A stretch of 64,000 nucleotides of DNA from Sphingomonadales bacterium. GTDB taxonomy: Bacteria; Pseudomonadota; Alphaproteobacteria; CAZZKF01. Under the pieces are notes generated by a model. It searched no databases. It saw nothing but the letters and a program-made list of their open reading frames with translations, and was not told the DNA's origin. Positions 1-10,239 of the stretch are shown piece after piece; positions within the stretch are counted from its first letter, which is position 1; the number at the start of each line of letters is the position of its first letter. Position numbers and translations under genes: made by a program. Location: NCBI GenBank assembly GCA_046756385.1, contig JBHHWG010000001.1, forward strand, positions 7,272 to 71,271. Reading direction: 5' to 3'.

Positions 1-16
1 ATCAGGGAGGAACAAT

Positions 17-2323
17 ATGAGTATCTTTCTCGTACGTGCGACTCGTTCGATTGCAATTATGACGATGACTGCTTCGATCGCCTGGGCGGCGGGACCCGGT
101 GTGGCGGTGGCGGCTGAAGACATTTTCGAGATTGAGGAAATTGTCGTAACCGCGCAGAAACGAACCCAGAGCTTGCAGGATATCCCGCTCGCGGTGACCG
201 TCTTTAGCGGCGACGTCCTTCGCGAAGACGACATCACCAGCCTTCAGGATATCGGGAACCGGACGCCGGGGCTGGTATTTTCGGCATTTAGCGTCGGTCA
301 GCCGGAGATAACGATTCGCGGTATCGGCACCAAGGAGGATGGCGCCTCGGCCAGTGACTCGACGATCGTATCGGTTGACGATGTCTATATTGCGGCCCGG
401 ACGGCACAAGTGTTCGATATTTTCGACTTGGAGCGCATCGAGGTTTTGCGCGGCCCGCAAGGAACTCTGTACGGCAAGAACTCGATCGGCGGTTCGATCA
501 ACTTCGTGACCACGACACCCACCGAGGACACCAATATCCGTCTTCGCCAAACCGTCGCCAGCTATGGGCGCATCGATACGGCGGGGCTGCTGAGCGGCCG
601 GATAGCGGAAAATCTGTATGGCAAATTCTCGTTCAGCCGCCGCTCCCACGACGGCTATATTCGCAACATTCTGGTCGATGAACAGCAGGGCGAAAGCAAT
701 ACCTTCGCCTGGCGCGCCATGCTGCGGTGGCTTCCCAACGAAAATACCGAAGTAATCCTGAGCGTTGACTTCGCCGACGACGATTTGGGCGCCACTAACC
801 GCGAACCGGTGGGCAGCGCCGGGCCGTTGCATGACGGGCCCCATGCGTCCAACCCGATCGCGGTCAACGAAGCGCTGGGCGGTGCGGATGATCCGCATGA
901 CTCTCTTGCCGATGTAGAGGGCTTTACTGATCGTGAAGTGCGGGGTTACAGCCTCAAAATCAACTGGGATATCGGGAGCACGACCCTTACCTCGATCAGC
1001 TCCTATCGCGAGAGCGATTTCGACTGGATCGAGGATTCGGAAGGACTGCCGCCGTCGACCGCATTCGCCGATCTGACCGGGGCGTCGGGCAGTCCGGGAC
1101 CGGCCCTTACCGCCGACCCGTCGACGGGTTTCGCGTTTGATGTCAGTGACGCCGCCATTGAACACACCGAGCAGCTTACTCAGGAACTGCGCCTGACATC
1201 ATCGGCGGAGAACCGTTTAACCTGGGTGGGCGGCCTGTTCTACAGCCACGAGGAAATCGACCGAACCGAGACGTTTTTCTTCCCTTCGCTAGGCGGCCCC
1301 GGCTTGAATGCACCAAGCCTGAGCAGCTCTGACCAGTCCAATAACTCGGACTCCCTGGCGGCCTACGGGCAGGGCACCTTTGCCGTGAACGATCGGCTGT
1401 TGGTTACCGGTGGCGTGCGTTTCTCTTACGAGAAAAAGGACATCGGCATCGGCGCAAATATCATCACCGGACTGCCGTTATTGTTGCAAGGGTTCCCGTT
1501 TACCGAGGCAAGCGAGGACTGGAGCAACGTCACCGGCCGCTTTGCGGTTGACTATTCGGTGACCAACGATGTGTTGTTATATGCCGGTTTCTCGACCGGC
1601 TTTAAGTCTGGCGGCTTTACGGGTTCGGCCTCAACCGCCGAGCGTGGCACCACGCCGTTCGGTCCGGAAAACGCCAAGAACTACGAAGTGGGTATGAAAT
1701 CCAAATGGGCGGACAATCGGGTTCTGTTGAACCTGACCGCGTTTTTCACCGACTATGATTCCCTTCAGGTGACCCGCTTCTTTCAACCGCTCGGCAGCGG
1801 TTTTGGGCAGTTCATAACCGAGAATGCCGGCGCGGCGGAAATCAAGGGCATTGAAGCGGAGTTTGTCGCCCTGCTGACGGAGGGGCTGGAAGTTGGCGGC
1901 AACTATGCCTATCTGGATGCCGAGTTCACCGATTTTACCGGTACACCGTCGGTCACCGGCACAGGCGATTTTACCGGCAATCGCCTGCGATTGTCGCCCA
2001 AGCACAGCCTGAGCTGGTACGGCAAATATGCCTGGGTCATGGATATCGGCACCGTGAGCGCGAAGGTGAGCTACCGCTACCAGAGCCTGAGCTTCATGGA
2101 CCCCAACAACAATGCCATCACCACAATCCCGGCTTACGATATCTGGGACACCCGGGTGGCTTTTGAATCCGCGGACGGCCATTGGGAGGTCGCCGGCTGG
2201 GTCAAGAATCTGGGGGACGAAAAATACCGGACCCACGTATTTTCACAGCGCGGCAGCCGGATTGCTTTTGCCTTGTTTGGCGCGCCGAGAACCGGTGGCG
2301 TCACGGTTACCTATAACTATTAA
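17..2323 (+). CDS. TonB-dependent outer-membrane receptor
   Basis: 768 aa. Signal peptide, then plug-domain motifs (DIPLAVTVFSG, RIEVLRGPQGTLYG). Long beta-barrel region ending in an aromatic-terminated strand (VTYNY). AGGGAGG RBS about 7 nt upstream of the ATG. Confidence 0.85.
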   Translation: MSIFLVRATRSIAIMTMTASIAWAAGPGVAVAAEDIFEIEEIVVTAQKRTQSLQDIPLAVTVFSGDVLREDDITSLQDIGNRTPGLVFSAFSVGQPEITIRGIGTKEDGASASDSTIVSVDDVYIAARTAQVFDIFDLERIEVLRGPQGTLYGKNSIGGSINFVTTTPTEDTNIRLRQTVASYGRIDTAGLLSGRIAENLYGKFSFSRRSHDGYIRNILVDEQQGESNTFAWRAMLRWLPNENTEVILSVDFADDDLGATNREPVGSAGPLHDGPHASNPIAVNEALGGADDPHDSLADVEGFTDREVRGYSLKINWDIGSTTLTSISSYRESDFDWIEDSEGLPPSTAFADLTGASGSPGPALTADPSTGFAFDVSDAAIEHTEQLTQELRLTSSAENRLTWVGGLFYSHEEIDRTETFFFPSLGGPGLNAPSLSSSDQSNNSDSLAAYGQGTFAVNDRLLVTGGVRFSYEKKDIGIGANIITGLPLLLQGFPFTEASEDWSNVTGRFAVDYSVTNDVLLYAGFSTGFKSGGFTGSASTAERGTTPFGPENAKNYEVGMKSKWADNRVLLNLTAFFTDYDSLQVTRFFQPLGSGFGQFITENAGAAEIKGIEAEFVALLTEGLEVGGNYAYLDAEFTDFTGTPSVTGTGDFTGNRLRLSPKHSLSWYGKYAWVMDIGTVSAKVSYRYQSLSFMDPNNNAITTIPAYDIWDTRVAFESADGHWEVAGWVKNLGDEKYRTHVFSQRGSRIAFALFGAPRTGGVTVTYNY

Positions 2324-2355
2324 ACTGCCCCAAGCTCTGTTTCAGAGCGACTTGC

Positions 2356-2390
2356 GCCGGAACCCCTGGTTCCGGCGTTTTTCTTTTTGG
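2356..2390 (+). terminator. Rho-independent terminator after the TonB receptor gene
   Basis: GC hairpin GCCGGAAC-cccu-GGTTCCGGC followed by GTTTTTCTTTTT. Confidence 0.6.
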
Positions 2391-2407
2391 TCGCGGTGAA
2401 AGGGGTA

Positions 2408-2953
2408 TTACTCGAGGCCAAGAACTTTCAAAAGGCCTGTGTAGCTGTCTTTAACCCGCTTTCCGGACAACTCGAAGTATGTCTGGTCGCCCTCAACGCC
2501 GAGTCCTTCGACGAACCGATTCATGAAATTGAACAAGCAACAAACGGCAACGGCATCATGGAGCGTCTGTTCGTCCCATCCGGCGTCGAAAATGGCGTCG
2601 GCATCGGCTTGAGTCAGGCTGTCCGGCGCCTCGGTCAGTTTCTTCACGTATCTGAGAACCGGCATGAATTTCTCGTCAACAGCCGCGGTTTCGATATCTT
2701 CGTAGAGATCGTCGATCAAACCCTTCGGGACGCCATGGACCTCAGCCGTGACAGTATGCACACCGCGGCAGTAACGGCAGCCGTTCAGAGCGGATACATA
2801 GGCGGCGATGAGCTCCCGTTCCGCAACCGACAGCGTGGAAGGTCCGCGTAATACGATATCGTGATATTCGAGAAGCGGTTTCACCGGTCCCGGGAACTTC
2901 TCGAAGATGCTTATCAGTACGGGTTTTTTGGCCAGGGAAGGGAAAAACACCAT
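2408..2953 (-). CDS. carboxymuconolactone decarboxylase / AhpD-like family protein
   Basis: 181 aa. AhpD-core-like CxxC(x)3HT motif (NGCRYCRGVHT). Size and helical composition are typical of CMD family proteins. Confidence 0.65.
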   Translation of the reverse strand: MVFFPSLAKKPVLISIFEKFPGPVKPLLEYHDIVLRGPSTLSVAERELIAAYVSALNGCRYCRGVHTVTAEVHGVPKGLIDDLYEDIETAAVDEKFMPVLRYVKKLTEAPDSLTQADADAIFDAGWDEQTLHDAVAVCCLFNFMNRFVEGLGVEGDQTYFELSGKRVKDSYTGLLKVLGLE

Positions 2954-3151
2954 CTTGAAATCTATCTACCTCTCTGCTGACTGCCACATCCCGCGACGGG
3001 CTGGCAGGGGACGAAGTCACCGCACCACTACCATGCTGTATGGCGCCCTTACAATTAAATTTTCAGCGGCAAAAATCGACCGGTCAAATGAGTTTCTATC
3101 AAGGAAACTTGGTATAACAGTTATTCAAAACCAATATGAGGAGCGCGACCC

Positions 3152-3943
3152 GTGATCGTCGAACAAATCTGGACCGGTAACGCCTACCGAAACTTCAACT
3201 ACCTGATCGTTTGTCCGGAAACCGGCGACGCCCTGGCTATAGACCCGCTGGACCACGAAAAATGTCTGAAAGCCGCCACGGACAATGGCTGGCGGATCAC
3301 TCAGCTGCTCAATACCCACGAACATCACGACCATATCGCCGGCAACGATCCGGTAATCGCCGCGACGAACGCCAGGTTGTTGGCCCACGCCAATGCCCGC
3401 GATACCATTTCCGGCATCGATGTGGGACTCGCCGCAGGCGATGTCGTCAAGGTCGGCAAGACGGTCGAGCTCGAAGTATTGGACACGCCGGGCCATACAA
3501 TGAGCCACGTGTGCCTGTTGTCGCACACTGACACACCGGCCCTGTTCTGCGGCGATACCCTGTTTAACGCCGGCGCCGGCAATTGCCATGCGGGCGGTCA
3601 TCCGGCCGAGCTTTATAGAACCTTCGCCACCCAGTTCGTTAAGCTCCCCGATGCGACCCAGGTCTATCCCGGACATGATTACATCGCGCACAATCTGGCG
3701 TTTACACTGGATCGGGAGCCGGGCAATGAGCGGGCCCGCATGTTGTTGGAAAGCGTTGAAGACCAGGATCCCGCCAGGGCGATGGTGTTGACCCTGGGGC
3801 TTGAGAAGGAGATCAACACGTTTTTCCGGCTCCACAATCCCACGGTGATTGCGCGGTTGCGCAACGAATTCCCCGATTTGCCGGATGAGCCCGATCCCGA
3901 AACCGTTTTTGTGAAGCTCCGGGACCTCCGAAACAAGTGGTAG
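3152..3943 (+). CDS. gloB: hydroxyacylglutathione hydrolase (glyoxalase II), MBL fold
   Basis: 263 aa. THEHHDH metal-binding motif and DTPGHT motif; length typical of GloB. GTG start preceded by a GAGGAG RBS. Confidence 0.85.
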   Translation: MIVEQIWTGNAYRNFNYLIVCPETGDALAIDPLDHEKCLKAATDNGWRITQLLNTHEHHDHIAGNDPVIAATNARLLAHANARDTISGIDVGLAAGDVVKVGKTVELEVLDTPGHTMSHVCLLSHTDTPALFCGDTLFNAGAGNCHAGGHPAELYRTFATQFVKLPDATQVYPGHDYIAHNLAFTLDREPGNERARMLLESVEDQDPARAMVLTLGLEKEINTFFRLHNPTVIARLRNEFPDLPDEPDPETVFVKLRDLRNKW

Positions 3944-3980
3944 GGACGGGGGCCGCCCTCCCGGTTTGCTGGGGCGTTCG

Positions 3981-4367
3981 TCAGTAGCGACCAATGATGT
4001 AGCGGCTGCCCTGAACGACATAGGGTTCGCCATGCCGGTCGTAGCACATGGTGCCGCCGATACGAATTCTCCGTCCATGGTGGTCGTAGCCCGGCTTGCT
4101 CACGGGGTGGCAGGCGGGGGCAGGGTGGTGGCCGCTACCATAGACATGCCGCAGGGTATGGGCCGCGCCGCGGGCAATTTGATGGCCGATGGCGTGACCC
4201 AAAAAATGATGTGTGTGGCGCCGGCCGTGATGGCCATGATCCGAATGATGGCCATGGTGTCGCACGCCGTGGTGATGCTGGTCACTGGCCCGGGCGGCAT
4301 TGTTGAACGCCAGGCCGATGGCGACCGCGCCGGCGGCTACGGTAACGATCCTGATGAAATTGGTCAT
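3981..4367 (-). CDS. secreted histidine-rich protein, putative metal-binding
   Basis: Internal ATG at 4367 follows a GGGAG RBS and gives 128 aa. Signal peptide MTNFIRIVTVAAGAVAIGLAF, then a region with about 25 His (HHHGVRHHGHHSDHGHHGRRHTHH...) and two Cys. The longer 159-aa ORF start has no RBS. Confidence 0.5.
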   Translation of the reverse strand: MTNFIRIVTVAAGAVAIGLAFNNAARASDQHHHGVRHHGHHSDHGHHGRRHTHHFLGHAIGHQIARGAAHTLRHVYGSGHHPAPACHPVSKPGYDHHGRRIRIGGTMCYDRHGEPYVVQGSRYIIGRY

Positions 4368-4526
4368 CTGTAACTCCCTTGTGGCTGCAATCCATGGCCT
4401 CGCTGTGCCCAAGTCCGAATGTATGCGGGAGCGGCTGAACCGGAACTGAACGGGCGCCATTAGTGTGATACTATTTTTGAACTGCTGGTCCGACCGAACG
4501 GTTGCTTTATATTAAGAGGACGCCGC

Positions 4527-5075
4527 ATGCCCCCAATCGAAACCCACAGTATCCTTATCGCCATAACCGCCCCTGACCGAGTGGGTTTGATTTCCACGAT
4601 CACGGCGCGATTATTTGACCTCGGGATCAATCTGGCCGACACCTCGTTCGCTGTCCTCGGCTCGGGCTGCGAATTTACCTGCGTCGCACAGGCCCCCGTC
4701 GAGGTCTCCGTTAAAGACGTCAAGAACGAGCTTGTCGAGCTTGATGTGTTGAAAGGCGCCGATATCTCGGTAAGCGCCTATCGCTACCAACCGGGTCATG
4801 CCGAGAGCGCCCGGGTTACCCATCGGATCAGTGTCGGCGGTGGTGACCGCCCCGGCTTGATCGCCCGGTTATCGGAGGTGTTTGTCGAATTCGACGCCAA
4901 TGTGGTGCGCATGAACTCGACCCGCAACGAACTCAAGAGTGGGGAGGCCGTCTATCGGACCTGTTTCGACATTTCAATTCCAGAGGCGCGAGCCGCGTCT
5001 TGCCTGGCGGCGGTCAGTAATACGGCGGGGCAACTCAATCTCGATTGCAGTTGCCAGCGGCTGCAAGAGGAGTGA
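4527..5075 (+). CDS. tandem ACT-domain protein (GcvR-like)
   Basis: 182 aa. Two ACT-like beta-alpha-beta-beta-alpha-beta halves (ILIAITAPDRVGLISTIT... and ISVGGGDRPGLIARLSEVF...). AAGAGGA RBS. Confidence 0.5.
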   Translation: MPPIETHSILIAITAPDRVGLISTITARLFDLGINLADTSFAVLGSGCEFTCVAQAPVEVSVKDVKNELVELDVLKGADISVSAYRYQPGHAESARVTHRISVGGGDRPGLIARLSEVFVEFDANVVRMNSTRNELKSGEAVYRTCFDISIPEARAASCLAAVSNTAGQLNLDCSCQRLQEE

Positions 5076-5090
5076 TTGGAGCTGAAAGTG

Positions 5091-5759
5091 CTAGCCGCCG
5101 CTCGAGGCCTCAATCGCCACGGTTGGCGCCTGACGTGTGTCGTTCAACTTGTCACGTAGCCCGGTGAGCAGGCCATCAATACCGTCTTTCTGGACCACGG
5201 CCGAGAACTCCTCACGCTGGCTGATCGCCATGCTGATGCCCTCGACGCTCAGGTCAATCACCTTATACACCTCGTCCTTGACACGGATGCGCCAATCGAC
5301 CGAGACGGGCGGCCCGTTGCGGCGGATGATTTTTGACGCCACAATGATATCCTTCTTGCCGGCTGCACGGGCCTCGCCGATCTCTACCGTCTCGTCCGTA
5401 TATTCGTCCAGCCTGATCGAATAAGTCTCGATAATGAAGTCGCTGAACAGGTCCATATATTCCACTCGCTGCTCCGACGTGGCCTTGCGCCAGTGTCGGC
5501 CAAGCACAAACCGGCTGATATAATCGAGGGCGAATCCTTCGCGCAAATGGCCGGCGAGTTGATCCTTGCGCTCCTCGACCGCCAATGCCTTGTTGCGTAA
5601 AGCGCTTAAAGCGTTATCGACCAGTTCACTGACAAATTCCCTGGCGCCTTCCGACGTGGCCGGAATTTCGTCGGCGCTTGCGTTCTTGGCGGGAAGCGAA
5701 AGAACAATAAGGGCGGCAAGAGCGGAAATGCTGGCAAGAAACCGTGTTCGTTGAAACAT
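5091..5759 (-). CDS. mlaC: MlaC/Ttg2D family phospholipid-binding periplasmic protein
   Basis: 222 aa with a signal peptide. Composition and motifs of the toluene-tolerance Ttg2D/MlaC family (FALDYISRFVLGRHW..., YKVIDLSVEGISM). Confidence 0.7.
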   Translation of the reverse strand: MFQRTRFLASISALAALIVLSLPAKNASADEIPATSEGAREFVSELVDNALSALRNKALAVEERKDQLAGHLREGFALDYISRFVLGRHWRKATSEQRVEYMDLFSDFIIETYSIRLDEYTDETVEIGEARAAGKKDIIVASKIIRRNGPPVSVDWRIRVKDEVYKVIDLSVEGISMAISQREEFSAVVQKDGIDGLLTGLRDKLNDTRQAPTVAIEASSGG

Positions 5760-5856
5760 CGAAATCCTCTATCCGGTTCGGTCGGGATTTGCCCACTTGT
5801 TTTTAAGGCGGGAAGCGCCATGCTCCCATCATTTGCACATCATTGCAAATAACACA

Positions 5857-5887
5857 AAATTGAACACCCGCGACCCCTTATCGGCGT
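5857..5887 (-). terminator. Rho-independent terminator downstream of cytochrome c2 gene (minus strand)
   Basis: Perfect 10-bp inverted repeat CACCCGCGAC/GTCGCGGGTG with an 11-nt loop. On the minus strand it is followed by TTCAATTTTGTGTT. Confidence 0.5.
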
Positions 5888-5935
5888 CGCGGGTGCTAAA
5901 TCGGAAAGTGCCCCGGGATCAAGCGGGACGAAGTC

Positions 5936-6325
5936 CTACTTCGTGACTTCTTTCAGATAGGCGATCAGGTCGGCGCGCTGATCGGCTTTCTTGAGGCCCC
6001 TGAAGGCCATCTTATTCTTGGGGACGAAGCCCTTGGGGTCGGCCAGATATTTGTCTAGCGCTTCCGCCGACCACACGATCCCCGCGGCCTGCATGGCCTT
6101 GGAATATTTCTTGTAGCCGTTAGCGGTCCCCGAAGCGCGGCCGAAAAGGCCGTGCAGATTAGGGCCATTCTTGTGCTTTCCGCCTTGCGCAACGGTATGG
6201 CACATCTTGCACTTTACGAAGACCTTCTTGCCCTTGGTAGCGTCGCCCGCCATGGCGCCCGAGGTCAGGGCGCCGAATGCGATCATGCCGGCCGCGACAC
6301 CCAGGAGAATTTTTTTGTTCATCAT
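5936..6325 (-). CDS. cycA: cytochrome c2 (class I c-type cytochrome)
   Basis: Internal start MMNKKILL after an AGGAA RBS gives 129 aa. Signal peptide, single CKMCH heme-binding motif, distal Met region, and Lys-rich cytochrome c2-like sequence. Confidence 0.8.
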   Translation of the reverse strand: MMNKKILLGVAAGMIAFGALTSGAMAGDATKGKKVFVKCKMCHTVAQGGKHKNGPNLHGLFGRASGTANGYKKYSKAMQAAGIVWSAEALDKYLADPKGFVPKNKMAFRGLKKADQRADLIAYLKEVTK

Positions 6326-6482
6326 GATATTCCTGTAAACCAAGGCCCGAAGAATTCCGGGCCCAAACCAAATGGCCAAACTGGCTCGCCCGCTTTTTAA
6401 CAGATTTACACCACGGTTCAAGCCTTTGCGCCGAGACCAATCGTCGCAGACCAGGCACCGGCCTGCGACGAGAGGGTTCGGA

Positions 6483-8279
6483 TTAGGCCTCGGCAATACG
6501 TTGCACCCGATAGCTCTTGATCTCGCCACTGCGAATGCGCGCCATGTAGCTGGCAAGGTCGCGCTTGACCTCCGGCGCCATGATGTAGAGCCCCAGAATG
6601 TTGGGGAAAGCCATGGCGAAGATGGTGGCGTCGGAAAAATCGACCAGTCGCGAGATATCGATCGTCGGGCCGACCACGATCGCGATACAGATCATGGCCT
6701 TGAAGGCGATATCGAGGGCCTTGGAGTCACCAGTCAGATAGGCCCAGGACCGACTACCATAATAAGACCAGGTAATGGTCGTGGAAAACGCGAACAGCAC
6801 GACCGCAATCGCCAGAATGTAAGGGAACCAGCTAATGACCGAGGCGAAGGCGTTTGAGGTCAGCGTGACGCCGCCGATGCCATCGGTATCGGCTTGGTAG
6901 GCCCCTGTAATGACTATAACCAACGCTGTCATGGTGCACACGACCACGGTATCGATGAAGGGTTCCAGGAGCGACACCAGGCCCTCGGTAATCGGCTCGT
7001 TGGTACGGACCGCGGCGTGGGCAATGGCCGCTGAGCCAATGCCGGCTTCGTTGGAAAAAGTCGCACGCCGGAAGCCCTGGATCAACACGCCGATGAACCC
7101 GCCGCCGACAGCCTCGGGGCTGAAAGCGCCCTTGAGAATAATGGCCGCGGCGTCCGGAATGTCCCCGAAATGGGAAAATAAAACCACCAGCGCGGCGAGA
7201 ACGTAAATCCCGCACATGATCGGCACCAGCTTGTCGGTCACGCGGGCGATGCTCTTGATGCCGCCGATAATCACCGCGCCGACGAGGATCGAAATAACGG
7301 CGCCGAACATCCATCCCCGGTCGTGGAACAGGCTGGCACTGCCGCCTGTGACCGTTTCAAGCTGTTCGAATGCCTGATTGGTCTGAAACATGCCGCCGGC
7401 CCCCAACGCGCCCATCATGCACATCAAGGCCGCGAAAACGCCGAGGAACTTGCCGAAACGGGGTAGGCCGCGGTTGGCGAACCCCTTGGTCAGATAATAC
7501 ATCGGACCGCCCGAAACGACGCCGTGCTTGTTGATGTTCCGGTATTTGACACCCAGCGTACATTCAACAAATTTGGAAGACATGCCGAGAAGGCCGGCCA
7601 GGATCATCCAAACCGTGGCGCCGGGTCCGCCGACGCTTATGGCAATCGCCACGCCCGCGATATTGCCCAGCCCGACGGTGCCCGACAACGCGGCCGTCAG
7701 TGCCTGGAAATGTGATACCTCGCCTTTGTGGTCCGGATTTTGATAGTCGCCGCGAACGATACGGATGGCCTGCTTAAAGCCACGGAAATTGATGAAACCC
7801 ATATAGAGGGTCAGGATCAAGGCGGCGGAAAGCAGCCAGATCAGAATGACCGGAAGATCCGCGCCATAGGCCGCCTCTAAAGTCAGGGCCAAAGGCGCCG
7901 ATGCGGCCGAGACGGTAAGACCCTTGACCTGTTCTCCAGTCAGCCTCCAGAACCCGTCGCCCAAATCCTCGCCCTTGGAAAGGGTCACGTCCGCCGGAAG
8001 CCCCGAAATTGTCACGACATGCGGCGGCTCTTGCCCGCCGATAAGCCCCATGACGTCAAATACAAAGGGTTCGGTCTCGTGAGCGGGGACAGTAAACGTC
8101 CTGGTTTCAGTGTGTGTGGTGATCTCGAACGACGCAAAGATCGCGTCGGCAAAAATGTCGGTCAGTGGCAAGACGGTGCGTTCGATCAACGAGTCGAGCG
8201 ACTCTTCCTTTGTGTCCGCGGCGTGGGCCGTCGGGACAGCCATCACAATGAAAAATAACAAAGTAAGGATGCGTTTCAC
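6483..8279 (-). CDS. alanine/glycine:cation symporter (AGCS family) with N-terminal secreted extension
   Basis: 598 aa. The core matches AGCS signatures ([33 protein letters not shown], about 11 TM segments). It is preceded by roughly 150 aa carrying a cleavable-type signal peptide and a soluble segment. Confidence 0.8.
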   Translation of the reverse strand: MKRILTLLFFIVMAVPTAHAADTKEESLDSLIERTVLPLTDIFADAIFASFEITTHTETRTFTVPAHETEPFVFDVMGLIGGQEPPHVVTISGLPADVTLSKGEDLGDGFWRLTGEQVKGLTVSAASAPLALTLEAAYGADLPVILIWLLSAALILTLYMGFINFRGFKQAIRIVRGDYQNPDHKGEVSHFQALTAALSGTVGLGNIAGVAIAISVGGPGATVWMILAGLLGMSSKFVECTLGVKYRNINKHGVVSGGPMYYLTKGFANRGLPRFGKFLGVFAALMCMMGALGAGGMFQTNQAFEQLETVTGGSASLFHDRGWMFGAVISILVGAVIIGGIKSIARVTDKLVPIMCGIYVLAALVVLFSHFGDIPDAAAIILKGAFSPEAVGGGFIGVLIQGFRRATFSNEAGIGSAAIAHAAVRTNEPITEGLVSLLEPFIDTVVVCTMTALVIVITGAYQADTDGIGGVTLTSNAFASVISWFPYILAIAVVLFAFSTTITWSYYGSRSWAYLTGDSKALDIAFKAMICIAIVVGPTIDISRLVDFSDATIFAMAFPNILGLYIMAPEVKRDLASYMARIRSGEIKSYRVQRIAEA

Positions 8280-8501
8280 TTATACCCCCAAGCACTTCGG
8301 CGCGCCCATTTTTGGCCTCCGCCTCCAATCCAAGCGGTCGGCATGCTAGCCCCAGACTGGTCCGCGCACAACTATTCATGCGAATTTCGCCAGGCGGGCG
8401 GTCGCTTGGCCTGTTCATCGGGACGCGGTCTGGATTATCGTTTTGCATGCTCCGGCGTATTATTTCGGGATGCGAAAAGCGGAAATGTCTTGGGTGCTAG
8501 G

Positions 8502-9443
8502 ATGAAACGAACATTGATTAACGGGGCGCTTGCCCTCGCGGTTTGCGCTTGTGCGACGGACGCTGAAGCAGCCACGGCCCTCGAAACTCAAGCGCCACCC
8601 GGTTTTCAAATTCCGGCGGTTGTTGAAATTCCGGCCGGGCCGTTCGTTCGGGGCTCGGATGCGGCGGAACGCGAGGCCGCTTACCGCCTCGACGAAGCGG
8701 CATACGGCCATGGATTGACTCGTTCCCAGCGCTGGTACGAGAAAGAATTTCAACGCGGCGTGGCACGGACAGGCCGCTATTGGATTAGCCGGACCCCCGT
8801 CACCAACGGCCAATATGCCGCTTTTATTCGTGAAACCGGCCATGCCGCGCCGGCCATGAACCGGGTTACCTGGGAAAGTTACCGCCTCGTTCATCCGTTC
8901 GATGCAACCTCGCGGTTTGTCTGGCGCGAGGTTGGGGCCAGCGGAGATTTCGCGCCGCCGCGGGGACGCGAAAACCATCCGGTGGTTCTGGTTTCCCTTG
9001 ATGACGCGGTGGCCTATGCCCAGTGGCTTTCAAGGCGAACCGGTCAACACTGGCGTCTGCCGACCGAGGAGGAATGGGAAAAAGCGGCACGGGGAACGGA
9101 GGGCTGGCGTTTCCCATGGGGCGACCGCTTTGATCCCGCCCACCTCAATAGCGCTGACGCCGGCCCTGAGGATACCGTTGCGGTGGGTCGTTCTTCCCCA
9201 ATAGCCAGTCCTTTCGGGTTGCTCGATGCGGCGGGCCAGGTGTATGAATGGACCGCGACTTCATCGGAATCCGGTCGGTATTTTGTAAAAGGCGGATCAT
9301 GGGACGACCGGGGCTGCGGCGTTTGCCGGGCCGCGGCGCGACATACCAGGCAACCGGATTTGCGGCACGTCATCATCGGGTTTCGTCTGGTTCGCGCGCC
9401 TGCCGATAATAGTGATCACGGTTTGAGACAAAGTCCGCGATAG
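8502..9443 (+). CDS. secreted formylglycine-generating-enzyme (FGE/SUMF1/PvdO) family protein
   Basis: Internal ATG gives 313 aa with a signal peptide MKRTLINGALALAVCACA. FGE-sulfatase domain motifs: RLPTEEEWEKAARG, GSWDD, and a C-terminal RQPDLRHVIIGFRLVR-type motif. Confidence 0.75.
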   Translation: MKRTLINGALALAVCACATDAEAATALETQAPPGFQIPAVVEIPAGPFVRGSDAAEREAAYRLDEAAYGHGLTRSQRWYEKEFQRGVARTGRYWISRTPVTNGQYAAFIRETGHAAPAMNRVTWESYRLVHPFDATSRFVWREVGASGDFAPPRGRENHPVVLVSLDDAVAYAQWLSRRTGQHWRLPTEEEWEKAARGTEGWRFPWGDRFDPAHLNSADAGPEDTVAVGRSSPIASPFGLLDAAGQVYEWTATSSESGRYFVKGGSWDDRGCGVCRAAARHTRQPDLRHVIIGFRLVRAPADNSDHGLRQSPR

Positions 9444-9448
9444 AAACG

Positions 9449-10171
9449 ATGCCAGATTTTAAACTGCTATCTCGAGCGGAACTCGAGATCATGAAAGCTG
9501 CCGGCGAGGAAGTTTTTGAATGCCAGCGCGTGCTCGGGAAGACGTCGTCAAATGCGGTCGCCGAGCTGCTGGCCGGCCAGGGCATGTTTTATGAACATAA
9601 TCACTATCCGAAGGGTGACGTCTACGATCAGGACACGCACAGCCAGTATTATTACCACGCCCATCGTGGCATGAATGGGGAGCATGGCCACCTCCATACT
9701 TTCCTTCGCGGCAAGGGCATGCCGGCGGACATCAAGCCCGCTGCCATTGACACTGTATCCGAACGACCGCTGGGCGATGAAGCGCTGAGTCACTTGATCG
9801 GAATATCCATGGATGCCCATGGTTTGCCGATGGGAATGTTCACGACCAACCGGTGGGTAACAGACGAAACCTGGTATGCCGCCGAGGACGTGGTCCGGAT
9901 GGTCGATATTTTTCTTGTTGACCACACCTTTCCGAACTGGGCAGTCAACAGATGGCTAAATGCCTTGTTCCGGCTATTCAAACCTCAAATACAACAACTG
10001 ATCCGGGAACGTGACGAGCGGATTGCCCAATGGCAGGAAGCGCACCCGGATCGGGATGCCTTTGAGGATCGCGATCTTGAGATTGTTTCGACAACTCCGA
10101 TTTCGGTGGTCGATCAGTTCGCGCGGATCATAAAGGCGCTCCGGAAACTGGACGATCACGCTCCCGATTAA
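9449..10171 (+). CDS. hypothetical protein, His/Tyr-rich N-terminal half, operonic with FGE-like gene
   Basis: 240 aa. Starts 5 nt after the FGE-like stop. Contains YEHNHYPKGDVYDQDTHSQYYYHAHRGMNGEHGHLHTF. I cannot place it in a named family. Confidence 0.5.
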   Translation: MPDFKLLSRAELEIMKAAGEEVFECQRVLGKTSSNAVAELLAGQGMFYEHNHYPKGDVYDQDTHSQYYYHAHRGMNGEHGHLHTFLRGKGMPADIKPAAIDTVSERPLGDEALSHLIGISMDAHGLPMGMFTTNRWVTDETWYAAEDVVRMVDIFLVDHTFPNWAVNRWLNALFRLFKPQIQQLIRERDERIAQWQEAHPDRDAFEDRDLEIVSTTPISVVDQFARIIKALRKLDDHAPD

Positions 10172-10239
10172 CATCCGATTAACCGATTGTTGCGACAATT
10201 ATTATCGATACTCGTCAGGGCTCGCGCCGCTCTGCGTGG

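Noticed and set aside
3125-4078. 317-aa minus-strand ORF
   Set aside because: It is antisense to gloB, which has the textbook THxHxDH motif on the plus strand.
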